A stretch of 63,694 bases of DNA, filler included, from Hyphochytrium catenoides (taxonomy: Eukaryota > Protista > Hyphochytriomycota), in assembly GCA_900088475.1 (NCBI GenBank). It is 9 parts of 9 records of this genome, joined end to end, with 100 filler letters (N's around TTAATTAATTAA, not from the genome) between each part and the next. Parts side by side here need not be neighbours in the genome. Positions count along the whole stretch, not along the records: positions 43,169 to 51,230 come from FLMG01002822.1; positions 51,331 to 58,487 come from FLMG01004499.1; 7 more parts are not named here. One strand, given 5' to 3'. A program made the position numbers and the translations under genes. Every line of letters starts with the position of its first letter. Within the stretch, counting starts at the first letter, position 1. Positions 44,401-55,713 of the stretch are shown here, one piece after another. The notes under the pieces are model-generated. The model saw nothing but the letters and a program-made list of their open reading frames with translations. It made no database searches and had not been told where the DNA came from.

Positions 44401-46181
44401 ATGGAGACTGAGGATATTCTGGCTGATCCAACTGCGGTTGATAAGCAGATGTCAGCCAAACCTCCAGGATCGCTGCCTCTTGTCGGATATAGACAAATGT
44501 CGAAGGGAGAGAATCCTTTGATTGAAGATTTGCCAGAACCGGACGAGGAGCACCAAGAATTTCATGCAAAGGAAGAGGATGAAGTTCAAGAGGCACTGCC
44601 TGCCGGAAGAGACATCGAACAAACGGGGGAAGGCACTGGGGTGCCATTTGAAGCCGCTGGGAAAGAAAGCGAAGCTTCATTTGAGTTTGGACCACTGCTA
44701 ACGGAGTCGAAAGGCCAGAGCTCTATCGAGGCCACGGAAATTCAAGAGGAACAAGATTCAACCGATAATGGCCCCACTGCAGCTGCTGAGTAACTAAGTC
44801 ATCAGGTTGATGACAACAGCCAAGAGAAGACCCAATCCGCTTTGGCACAAGATGGTGATGAGAAAGGAGCAGCTGCAGGAACTCAAGGGGTAATGCAAAC
44901 AGAAGAAGGAGAAAGAGAGCCGCTGGTAGCGCAAATCTGAAAAGATAGTCACTATTTCACCCCTCGCGCCTGAGATTACCGACGACGGGCAGAACCAAGA
45001 AGCCGGAATTACGGGGTCCACAGTAGAGAGAGAGACAGAAGATCAGGATGCACCTTCTGTGTTAACGGGAAGATCGAAGCCAAGTGTGGAGCAGGAGACT
45101 TATAAAGATCAGCATGCTGAATCGGAGCCACTGGATAACGAGCGACATAATAGTTCAGGTGACGGGGGAGAAGTACGGTCGACAACGATAGCCCGCGGAA
45201 GAAAACCTGATTCAGCCTCCATGACAAGCTCTGGCTTCGATAGCCAGACAGGCAGTGATTTGGCTTCCTCTCCAGCACCATTAAAAAGACGCTCAAGCAC
45301 CAGAGTGCGCAACGAAATACCTCGATTTGATCCTTCGTCTCCGCCTTCGCAAAGGAGAAAGAGCCTAGTGTCTGCGCCCACACCAGATGCAAGGGTGAGA
45401 CTTCTTCTTGTTACCAGCTAAAATGAGGAAGTAACAGGAGCGGCAACTAACTGGGAGTATTGCAGGGCGCAGGAGTGCCGTTGGGAGAACTAGAAACCGG
45501 TGAGACCAAAACATACGAATACGCCACCCACACTTGCTGCTCCTCTAACGTTTGCACCCAGTAAACGATATGCTGAGCAAGATTCCCGCGAATCATGATC
45601 TCTTGCAGGCGCTGCACAGGTAAGCGAGGCGTACAGCCTCTCCTTTCTCTTGTTAGAAGCTGGTTCACAACTAGACCTGTGACTGTACTTTATTATTTTA
45701 CGGGTTCCTGTTCAACAAGCCCGGTATGTATTCTACGGATCATACGCCACACAAGCGGTCCATCTGACCATTCTTCCCTGACCGTCCTTCTCATTGTTCT
45801 TGCTCACATAACTCCGAACTAGGTACACACGCGGAAGAAGGAGATTCGGCAGTTCTCGGGTTTTGTCTGGACTGAGGTAGGGCGGGAACAATGGTTAAAC
45901 CAAAGCCATGACGATATAGCGCACTCAGCGACATCTGTCATGCGTAGAGCTTCCCGAGGGATAAGGCTGTGGAGAAGCTAATGGAACGTAAGTGGAAGAT
46001 TCCTATCCTCAAGGTATGTAGTTAGCGGAGAGGAGTAATGTAGACCTTCCACTAAGTTCCTTATTTTATGACGCACCAGGATCTCTGCCAATTGCTTGGT
46101 CTGGAGAAGACTGGCGATAAGGCCACTCTTGTGGAGAGAGTAATCTCTTTCCTTGAGCAACCTCGCCCTCGGCCTCGACAT
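44401..46181 (+). pseudogene. DEK: DEK-like chromatin protein (acidic N-terminus, DEK core and SAP domain), disrupted and truncated
   Basis: Short-intron exons give GAGVPLGELETVNDMLSK..DLLQALHR, RKKEIRQFSGFVW, AVEKLMERKWKIPILK and DLCQLLGLEKTGDKATLVERVISFLEQP. There is an in-frame TAA at 44791-44793 and a frameshift near 44930 in the acidic exon, and no C-terminal DEK_C domain is visible. Confidence 0.7.
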
Positions 46182-46287
46182 GTACGTTGTGCATTGCTGT
46201 CCGGATCCCTAGTTTCACAGCTGGAGCCATCGACTCTCATACCCATCTTGAGATGGAACGTTTAGCAGTAGATATACCTTGATGAAA

Positions 46288-46322
<35 letters not shown>

Positions 46323-46376
46323 TAAGATAGAGAGGGCAAGAGAGAAGACAGCGTCCCATCAAAGAGAAAGGCCTAC

Positions 46377-46840
46377 CTGGAAAGCATACTGTCTCAAGGT
46401 GGAGTCCCCTACGAAGAACTCTGTAGAGAGCTGCTTGCATGACTCCTTTGGGCACTTTGGCTCCTCTCTGGGTGAAGTAATAGAGAGAAGCATTAGGGTA
46501 GAGAACGAAGTACCGCTGCTTCCAGTTGATGCCGCTCTTTATTGCTCTCTACATAGCCAACAACGTGGACAAGAAAGAGTGAGGATAACTTGTAAGAGAA
46601 CACAGGCCTTCATAGCTCTTTTCCTATACTCAATGGAGCTCTTGGTTGACTGTCAGTAGTCTACCTACTAGGTCCCTCCAGCATCATCATTGACCAAGAG
46701 TAGTAGTCGGAGGCTCATGATTCTTGACAGAAAGGCCCTGATTGTGGACCTCCACTCACCTTCAGCAGGTAGCCTTCGATCACCGGCTTTTCCGAGGCCT
46801 TGACGGGAGTCATGCTTTCTTGGCCCTTGTCTTTCGCCAT
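46377..46840 (-). pseudogene. N-terminal fragment of a PH-domain protein, frameshifted and truncated
   Basis: Exon 46840-46760 MAKDKGQESMTPVKASEKPVIEGYLLK; exon 46548-46377 RAIKSGINWKQRYFVLYPNASLYYFTQRGAKVPKGVM. A net +1 shift (apparent 4-nt duplication, atgcaagcag) at 46431-46440 puts QLSTEFFVGDSTLRQYAFQ out of frame. Confidence 0.7.
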
Positions 46841-47032
46841 CCGCTACAGGCCGCAGGTGGCCTGCATCATCAAGACGGACAGGTCGGTGGAGTAAATAAG
46901 CCAGCAGGAGGAGCGCTTTGCTCAACGCTCAACAATCTTCAACCTAAAACTTCCCGTCGTCGTCGTGGTGCTACTCTTCTTATGGCAGAAATGAAGGCCT
47001 TAGGACGTGGTGCCTGGGATGATGGGGGAAGA

Positions 47033-47077
<45 letters not shown>

Positions 47078-49197
47078 AAGAGGAACTCCTCGTGCTTCAA
47101 CAGACACATTGCCAAACAAACCGCCGCCAGAAACAGATCAGAACCGGAGTCATAGCTTGCGTTTGTGGGCTGCGTACTCACTTTAACCTTAGTTATCAGT
47201 CCAGACTCAGGTCAATATCAAACCCACTCCTCTCTCTCCGCCCGTGTTACAAGACCCTTTGCTCTCCCTCACTCCCCTAACTAGCCCCTCTATAACCCCC
47301 CCAAGCGAAGATCAAAAGGGAGGATCAGTATGAGAATCACTAGAAACGATTGCCTTTTAGATTCCTTTGATCAGTTCTTTTGGCCCAATTTCTTTGGGTG
47401 CTGGGGAAAATGTGAAGCTCCAGCAACTTTTAAAGCAGAAAACTGTATGTGCCGCCGCAGCCGCTTTGTTCACCGCCAAGAAGATGATGAAGATGCTGAG
47501 CCATCCAGGAGGAGGATCGTCATCGGGGCTTCATCAGCAGAGAGCAGCAGTGGACAGCAGGAAGTTCTGGGAAAGCCTGTCATATCATCGGCGTCACTGT
47601 TGTTGGTGGCTTGGCAACGCAACGGTGTTGGCAATCAACGACGATCACTTGTAAGAATATAACCTGTAACCTACGACGATGATGGAATAATGGTTGATCA
47701 GGGAGATGGTGGTGGCAATAGGTGGTTGCGGAGGAGAAGAAGAAGGCGTAGCCTGATCGTCGTTGAGTGGTGTTAGAACACGAGGAAGAGGTTATAATAG
47801 TCATAGGACTCAAGTCTAAGGACGCCTGACTTGACGAATAAAGTGTTTTGACAGCTGTATGTCTTTCTGGCCGCACAAGTGATTATGATGGTTGGTCTCG
47901 ATCTCCTAGCTAGTCTGCTGCTGGCTGCCAAGTAATGAGAAATCGTAGATAGTCTCCTTCTTTACTTGAGGAAAGCGGGTGGCCGCGGCAGGGCTCCCAG
48001 TCTTGACCTTTGACCCCGATCCAAGAGAGCATCACGCTCGCTACCTACTAGCTGACGACTATCTCGCGGCTCACCTATAGCCATCACATCAACATTCTTG
48101 GGACAAATCACCACCAGCAGGAGTAAAATGGTGCGCGTTGTTGGACGTAGCAGAGAAGTGTACGACGACGACTATGAAGAGCTGGCTAGTACTCACTCCG
48201 AAGCAGTAAGAGGAGGGCAACAACAAGGAATTGAACTCATTCGTTGTCGTTCATGGAAGGCGATTCAGCAACTAGTTCCGAACTGATGGCGAAGAAAGTC
48301 TGAAGAGGGAGCTACTAGCTACTATCAGCTAGTTTGAGATGGGGATCACAAATAGTGCCATTCCTCGTCGTCCTCCAATACTTTTGCAGATGCTTTCGGA
48401 TGGATCCTCGGCGGGTAACCAAAGGAGAGGCATCCTCTTCCTCCGCCTTCTCGCATCGTGACGTTATCACACGGTAAACAATAAAGGATTGCTCTGATCG
48501 TCGTCGCCAACCTGCCGCTCCCATGGTGGCCGTAGCTTAGCAGAAGCGCTTACTTCTAGACCTACGGCCTTTACTACCAACGCAAAGTGAACTCTGGAAC
48601 AGCACAGAGGGAGAATCGCCAATCAACCGGCTTCAAGCGGTTGCCACGCTTAGTGATCGTAGGCAATATTCATCGTGGTGCTATACCTTCTGTTGCTATC
48701 ATGTTTCTATACTTCTTGTACGTCTCAGGTTGATGCAGAACTGCTGACTCAGCAAGCACTTCTAAGCTTGAGCATCCTCCTTCCATCCGCCATTATTAAC
48801 ACTCCTTTCTGCTCATCACCTTTTGGAAAGTGCAGCCGCAGAAAGAAGCTGAGCGATGATGGGCAAGAGGAGATAAGTATCTATAGCAGCCTTCTATCAC
48901 CACTACGATCTGCCAGTATATTGACTGTTCTCTCATCTCTCTCTACTGCTAGCACCATCTCAGTTCTCCCTCATGGGCCGATAGTACTGATAATGTATTT
49001 ATGTCTTCTTTGGTTCTAGTCTAATAACGTTGTTCCTCCTGTCGTCAGGCAGTCGAGGCAGAGGATCCTCAGCCTTTCAAATTAGGCTCTTTGTTTGGCC
49101 ATGTCGTTGATCAGAATCTTCAGTGTCATCCTACGTCGTCTCTTGTAAGGATGTGGGAGAGGCAGAAGGGCTAATAGGCCCGACTATAAACTGCTCT

Positions 49198-50304
49198 TTA
49201 ACCTGAAAAGATGTCCGTCCATTCTGGGCAGAAGAACTCGTCGAGGTACATTGTGGGACAGCTCAAGGCGAAGTTCCTGCTCGGGTTGAACCACACGGTT
49301 GCACCCGGATACGTCCACCGCTTCGAACCGTCCGCTTGCGTCTCTTCTTTGGCAACGTATAGACCAAGCTGTAAGGTGTCCTTAAGCTCATAGAAAGTTG
49401 CATCGGACACCTTGAAGAGCTGCAACCTGTTGAGCCCTTTCTTGTTCTTTATCTTCTCATAGGCTCCTTTAAGATTTCGCCATGCCTTTTGGACCCGTTC
49501 ATCATTGGGATGAAGCTGATGGATCGGCAACCCAGTTGCCGTTCTTTTTCTCTCAATCAGCCCAGTACCAAACTGCTTTTGCCCTTTGGTGGAAGAGGGT
49601 TGGCTATCACTTGCGGTTCTGGTTAGGCATGAGTTGTCCCAGGCCCAGCATTTGGATTTGAACTTGCCGGCATTACCGCTCGTCTGCACCGCGGCAGTGG
49701 CTTGTAGAGAGCTCTGACTCTTCTTGTTTTCCTCCTGCAGCTCCAAGCTCAAGTAGAATATCTTACTTGACGGGTTGGATAGCTGCTGTTGGCTGGAGGA
49801 GAGGACCTTGGTGAGTTTGAGCTTTGGATCACTTCCGGATCTTTGCCGATTGTTGTACATCCAAACCGCGTGTTTAGCTGCTGTCTCAACTTCGCCGCCC
49901 CCTGACGTCTGAGTGTTCTGACCATCTTGGGAGGAAGGTGAAGGTGTTGGCGTAGATGGGTTTTTTTTTGGAGATGGCTTGGGCTGGTTCTTAGGAGTAG
50001 GAGTGCTATTTTTTTTTCCCCCTGCCTTGGCTCCTTTCTTTGATGCCGTCTTCCTCTTCTTGTTAGCTGGAGTCGGACTGCCCGACTTTTTATCACCGTT
50101 TTTTTTCGCCTTGCCCGTCTCCTTTCCGACGGTCAGAGCGCGTAAGGATGGCGTTGTCGAGATCGTCGCATGAATGTAATCCACCTTGCCGCTCTCTTCA
50201 TGCTCTTCCTGGTTCTGCGCTGCCGATTCCTGCAGAGCACTTCCTGCCAAGAGAATGGCGATGGGCAGTAGAAGCACGCTGCGACGGTAAAAGATGTTCC
50301 TCAT
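49198..50304 (-). CDS. Intronless secreted protein: signal peptide, Lys/Pro/Ser-rich linker, one or two degenerate cystatin-like domains
   Basis: 368-codon uninterrupted ORF from MRNIFYRRSVLLLPIAILLAGSALQESAA. EVETAAKHAVWMYNNRQ..LKLTKVLSSSQQQL..IFYLSLEL and LHPNDERVQKA..LQLFKVSDA resemble the cystatin helix-plus-strands pattern. Confidence 0.65.
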   Translation of the reverse strand: MRNIFYRRSVLLLPIAILLAGSALQESAAQNQEEHEESGKVDYIHATISTTPSLRALTVGKETGKAKKNGDKKSGSPTPANKKRKTASKKGAKAGGKKNSTPTPKNQPKPSPKKNPSTPTPSPSSQDGQNTQTSGGGEVETAAKHAVWMYNNRQRSGSDPKLKLTKVLSSSQQQLSNPSSKIFYLSLELQEENKKSQSSLQATAAVQTSGNAGKFKSKCWAWDNSCLTRTASDSQPSSTKGQKQFGTGLIERKRTATGLPIHQLHPNDERVQKAWRNLKGAYEKIKNKKGLNRLQLFKVSDATFYELKDTLQLGLYVAKEETQADGSKRWTYPGATVWFNPSRNFALSCPTMYLDEFFCPEWTDIFSG

Positions 50305-52394
50305 GGTGCTGCTGAAGGCTAAGTCAGCCTGACCGATTGTCACAAAGGCTTCGTTGGTAGGTAGAGAAGGAAGCAAGGGCTATTGTCGATCAGATTCCGA
50401 TGTGAACTGTGTTCAATAGATGCGGCGCGGCGGCGGTGACGACTAGCTTGTAGCTCCTTCAAACAAACTTTCTTGCTCTCCAAGGGATTTTCATCAACAT
50501 AACCTCAGAAGGCAGTTTTAGGCCGGGTTGGCATCAAGAAGAGGAAGTTGACCAATTGTTTGGCACAGTGAAAAGAGGATAGAAAAAGGGGATGACCGAG
50601 AGGCGGGGACAGGGTATTGTGGCTGTTGGATCGGCCTACGTACAGGATTGTCACGGAAAGCGAAGAATAGTTAGGGGTAGTGGACCCTCGGCCATAATCC
50701 CATTGACGAAGAGGAGTGAGAACAGTCTCCAATGACACCTGCTCTGGGGATGGATGACAGGCAGACTCTCCTCGCTTGGTATGAACCAACCACTCTTGCA
50801 AATGATAGTAGAAGTATGGGGCAGCAGAGATGTCGGGTCGCAGAAGATAGCAGAAAAACGAACGAGGCCGATGTCCAGCAGCACTCATACTTCTTATCTC
50901 CCTGTATCTAAAGAAGAAGAAGAAAGCGAATGCTCCTCATGAGTCATGAAGAGGACGACGACAGGACAGGCTCGTAAAGTAGCAAAAGTGTAAGAAGCAA
51001 AAAATCTATCTTAGGCCTGCAGTCACCATAGAACTACTTCTCTTATCCTTTGAAGAAACAGTAGTCGTTCTCCCCGCCTAGTGAACATATCAAGCGGCCT
51101 ATCAAGGTTTTATGGCTGGTTCTACATCTTCCCAACCTATCCACCGCCATGGGTGGCTGGATGTTCTAGTTCAAGAGGTGAAGACGTGAAGACATTGTTG
51201 ATCATCCTTCGTCTTGATGGATTGGGAGGANNNNNNNNNNNNNNNNNNNNNNNNNNNNNNNNNNNNNNNNNNNNTTAATTAATTAANNNNNNNNNNNNNN
51301 NNNNNNNNNNNNNNNNNNNNNNNNNNNNNNCTTCCTCCACCCACCGCTGTCTGCACGTGTGGAAGCCGCTTCACTTGTCTTTATTGCGTATTTGCCTTGG
51401 CCTTGGCTTGAGCTTGTCATTGAGAAGGATGCCAATGTGCCTAGCCGTCCTTGTCTCACCACCTTATATATTCTTTCTCTCTCTCTTCTCTCTCTCCTCT
51501 CTGCCTTCCCTCGCTTCTCTTTTCTCTCTCTCTTATCTCTCTCCTCTTTCCCTCGCTTATCTTTTCTCACCACTCTCTCTCCCCTCTCTACTTCTCCCCT
51601 CTCGCTTTCTCTTTTCTCGCCACTCTCTCTCTCTCTCTTCTCTCTCTTTCTTCTCTCTCCCTTTCTCTATTCTCTAATATTGTAACACATTTCTCCAGAG
51701 GTCAGAAGGCGGGTGGGATCACAAGAACCAGAAGAAGTTTCTTATAGTGTCCCTAACTGGTATCCAAGGACGGCCTTAGAGAAGAAGGCGGTCAAGCGGC
51801 AGGAAGCCCGGCACCTGGAAGCTCAGGGTGAGGACCGCCTTCAGGGTACTGAACCGGGCGGGTGGGCGATCACTAAGGCTAACTTAGTCACTATGAAAAG
51901 CTTAGAATGGGTGGGACCCTATGTGTCCTCCCTGCTATAGGGGCCACTGGGGTTCCAGCTATGGGCAGGGGTGCGTGGGCAGGTCAGAAGGACGGGAGGC
52001 TTATGTAAAACGGTATTGGGCCGCCTTCAGGGTTAACCTCTACGGGCCGCCAGTAGCCGCCACCGTCCGGACTGTCCCTTATAGAGACAAACTCCTCCTG
52101 CGCTCTCAGCTCCTGTCGGCCCGAGGAACAGATGTAATGCTTCACTCGAACAGTCAGCAGTATTGATGTGTCCCGCCGGTTCAGGTTTAATTGTCCATGA
52201 AGGACTTTGGCGGGAAGTCTCGGGCGGGAAGGAAGGGCGTGATGAGATGGCAGAGTTGGTTGGTGCAACTTATCCGCGGGTCAATGTGAGGAAAGATAAT
52301 AGTAGCAGGTCCGGTATCATACCTGGACTGGACCACGAACCTCCAGGAGGCGACCCTTCGCTCTTGTTTCTGGCTAAATATACCTATGGTAAAC

Positions 52395-52429
52395 TGTCCC
52401 CAATGAACAAGGTGAGGCAGGGTTTATAA
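52395..52429 (+). promoter_or_regulatory. Putative snRNA-type (type-3 Pol III-like) promoter: USE-like TGTCCCCAATG, 17-nt spacer, TATA-like box; copies at 55533-55567 and 58393-58427
   Basis: TGTCCCCAATG is invariant in all three units, with identical spacing to TTTATAA/CTTATGA. The TATA-like box lies about 30 nt upstream of the conserved 104-nt block. Confidence 0.55.
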
Positions 52430-52454
52430 GCCCGGGCCGACCCTCAACTCTCAA

Positions 52455-52563
52455 CAAGTCACAGCAGTAGTGACGGCGGTAGAGTGTCCACTTGGTGCAT
52501 GTCCGCGATCTTGGAGTGAGAGATCAAGACGCAGGAGGACCAAGACTTTCCGCTCTCTTTTTT
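52455..52563 (+). ncRNA. Unassigned structured small RNA, copy 1 (~105-110 nt, ending in T6)
   Basis: 104 nt identical to 55594-55697 while the flanks are strongly diverged; 5' hairpin GTCAC/GTGAC; long stem GGCGG/CCGCT, AGAGT/ACTTT, CTTGGT/ACCAAG, GCG/CGC, TCTTG/CAAGA; oligo-T end. Confidence 0.6.
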
Positions 52564-55500
52564 CTCCAATTTTGAGCTTTTTTCTCGATTTCGATTTTCA
52601 AGTCTGCCAGCGCTTGGTATCCAGGAATCTCTCTGCTCGGTCCTTTCATGGATAATGGAGATAAGCTCCGTAGCTCGTTGCGTGCGCTATGTGATGCATC
52701 CAATGCTAATTTATGCGCAACACTAGAGATTGTAGTTCAACAACGAGATCAAGGGCGGGACCATTGGAAAATATAAAGCTGGGCAAAGGATCAAGAGAGT
52801 TTGTGTTTATGGCTAAACGGTCTCACGTGTCGCTGCTGCGTACGTTCGCTATCCCGTCGTGCTTACGCATAAATGCTTTGAGGAGCGTAAGGTGGGCTAC
52901 GCCTTCGGCGTTGGCCACAATAAAGATGAAGCTGACTTAAGATACTAAACAAATTGCTAGAGGTTTGCTTGAGCACTACACTCCCTCATTATGCATATAT
53001 TACTAGCCGACTGTCCTCCGCCGCCGCATATCAGTTCACAGCTGTGACAAGAGGGCATAGGTTATCCTTATGAGATCCTTTCTTGCCATGAGACATCTTA
53101 TGATATACTTGGCCGAACTGGCGAGATCTCTAAAATAGTTGACCATAATTGGGCTCTCTCAACAAGGAAAGTAGGAATCAAGCTCCACATCTCCTACCAC
53201 GTGCCTTGCCTTCCTCTATCATTCGCGACACTAATACTATACGGGCGGCGTCACAGATAGATGAAATAGCGTTGGTTTTCTGGAGCAGTCAACAGCCCTA
53301 TTCGAATTGAGCATACAAACATATTTCTACGAACGGTAGCCACATACATATTTGGCTTCTACTTAGTAGACAAAATCAGGCCACAATAGTCATGCTCTGG
53401 ACTCTGTTTGTGCCTTTGTTTCAGCTCTGTGAGAAAGCAATGTCCTTTATATGCAACCATGATTTGCAAGGAAGCAAAGTACGATGAAGACAGCAAAAAA
53501 TGCTAGTCAATCTACTTTTGCGCACCTATAATTCGAAAGGAAAAGTCGCAAGGAGCGACAGACGAACAGTTCGTTAATGTTTGATCATCTTTTGATCATA
53601 AATTTTTCGTGCCGAGTTCTTGACAGTTGTATCCACCGGGTGAACCTCTACCCCTGTGATTTATTCGACCCTTATTTGGTGCAAGGAGACTGCTGGTCCT
53701 ATTGAGCAGTGCTTCGGTTCGCCTGGCTCTTGCTTAGGTTGTTGCGGGTCTCTGAATGTTTTCTAGTCTCATTGATGAATATCCACGATCGTGCCAGACA
53801 TGTTGATGATCTGAAGTATGTTGGCGTTTGGCTTGTCTTAAAGTTAGCCCTTAGGCCTCATCCCGCTGCAAACTACTAGGAAATTGGCATGTTTCATCTA
53901 CAGACGACTGAGATTGAGGAAAAGACATACACACCTAGGTAGCTCACGAGTGGTTGACCAGAAGTTATAAGTACTACGAACCACCTCTTCTATCGTAGCC
54001 CTATTCTCCTCTGCCAAGTACCGAACACAAGGAGCACGGATAGGCTGTAGTATTTTATTGAGGGCCCTAGAGGCCCATTCAGTGAAGATTGGGGGTCAGG
54101 ATTACGCTGGGACTAGAGACTAGTGGTTCTGAGCGAGGTGCAGCCACAATCTGAAGAACCATGGTAAACATTAATGGAGCGGCAACAGAACCATGAAAAA
54201 GAAAAGAGGGGTCTTCGTCTCGTTCAGTCTCGACTGACGATCGCTTAAAGCGGACAACCGTACCGCCAAGCAGTGTACTACTACTATTAGCATCACTTCT
54301 ACTTGTGAGTGCCGATAGGAGGTTGTTTGCGATAAGTAGAACGTTAGGTGTGCACTTCCTGGCAAGCCTGCCATATTCCTAGGAATTCAGCTCACATTGA
54401 CCGCAGTGTGAGGGACCCGATGAGGCTAGCCAGGCGTATGCGATGCAGTCTCTTCTCTTCGACACTATCTTATGAAGGGCGGTCCTGGTCAGAGGAGTCA
54501 AAGAGTGGCTCTCAAGAAGCATACTTCTCTTTCGCTTTCCTCTTTTCTCTCTTTTTCTTTGCATTTCCTAAGGTTAGCCTCTCTTATCCCCTCTCTCTTA
54601 AATGTTCCTTACTTTTATATCGGCACTTTCAATGGACTGACCTAACGCACTAGGGACATTCTCTCCTTAGATTCGATATATATAGCGCATTCAAAAGACT
54701 ACCCTTTTCAGGTTAAAGTGTTATTGGTCGCTCTCTCGCGCAAACTCCTGTGTGTGGGTTGTCTGGACTGAGGCCTGGCTAGCCGAGGTGGAATCAAAAT
54801 ACCTCACGCTCGATTCTCATTTCACTCCCGCTCACCCTTCTTACATAACATAGAGCCAAACTGCTGATCCGTGGCAGTCGGAGACCGACAACAAGTTGCC
54901 GCAATCTTACTTATTACTGGACAGCCAAAGGTCGTGAACACTCGATTAGGGCCTTCGCTGGGCAGAAAGAAATTGAGGAAGAGAGGAGCTGGTCCACTTA
55001 CCTGTAAGATACACATAGAAATCCAAGTTTAAATCTTCAGACTCATGTAGTGGGACCATAGTCGTTTGCCCCCGTTTGAATGCATGTCTTCTATTTGTGC
55101 AAGTATCATAAGTAATGTCATATTTATGAAGGTGTCGCTAACAGACGACGCATACAACGGTGCACGGGAGTGTAAAACGGTTGTACTGGCCTCCCCGGCT
55201 GTCTCTCTCTGTCCTCCCTTTCTATCTCTGTTGTGTGTCGCTAACAACTACAGTATCGCCATTCCCTACTCGGTGCTTTAAGCAACATCATACGCTGCTT
55301 CCATCAAGCCAGATGGTTTACCCATTAAAGTCCCACTAGCGAGATGGCCTCCATCGCTGCAAAGGTATGTTTCTATTGACTTCCGTCAGGGATGCTCGTT
55401 GTGGCCATGGAACCTTCCACGGTACATCATAACGCTTTTTTTAACAAGCTGTACACGCCGCCACACCAAGACCACACCAACAGCTCCCGTGACCCTTCGC

Positions 55501-55593
55501 TCTTGCTGCTCCTACACAAACCCATGGCGAACTGTCCCCAATGGACAAGTGCAGGCAGGGCTTATGAGCCCTGGCTAATCCTCTAACTCTCAG

Positions 55594-55713
55594 CAAGTCA
55601 CAGCAGTAGTGACGGCGGTAGAGTGTCCACTTGGTGCATGTCCGCGATCTTGGAGTGAGAGATCAAGACGCAGGAGGACCAAGACTTTCCGCTCTCTCTT
55701 TGTCTTTATTTTT
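55594..55713 (+). ncRNA. Unassigned structured small RNA, copy 2
   Basis: Identical 104-nt core, same upstream promoter-like module, and a T-rich 3' flank with its first T5 run at about 55709-55713. Confidence 0.6.

Noticed and set aside
44791-44793. Stop-codon reassignment suggested by the in-frame TAA in the DEK-like gene
   Set aside because: Conserved genes here end normally in TAA (PES1), TAG (DHX15) and TGA (GRWD1) and have no internal stops; a nearby frameshift points to decay or sequencing error.
48560-48578. Resemblance to the 5' end of 5S rRNA
   Set aside because: The similarity does not extend, and there are no internal A/C boxes or complementary 3' end.
47300-49100. Short ORFs between the PH fragment and the secreted gene
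   Set aside because: No recognisable motifs or consistent splice pattern.
52455-55697. Identical repeats as a CRISPR array or LTR pair
   Set aside because: There are only two 104-nt copies 3.1 kb apart, with no cas genes, no TG..CA ends, no PBS and no gag/pol between them.
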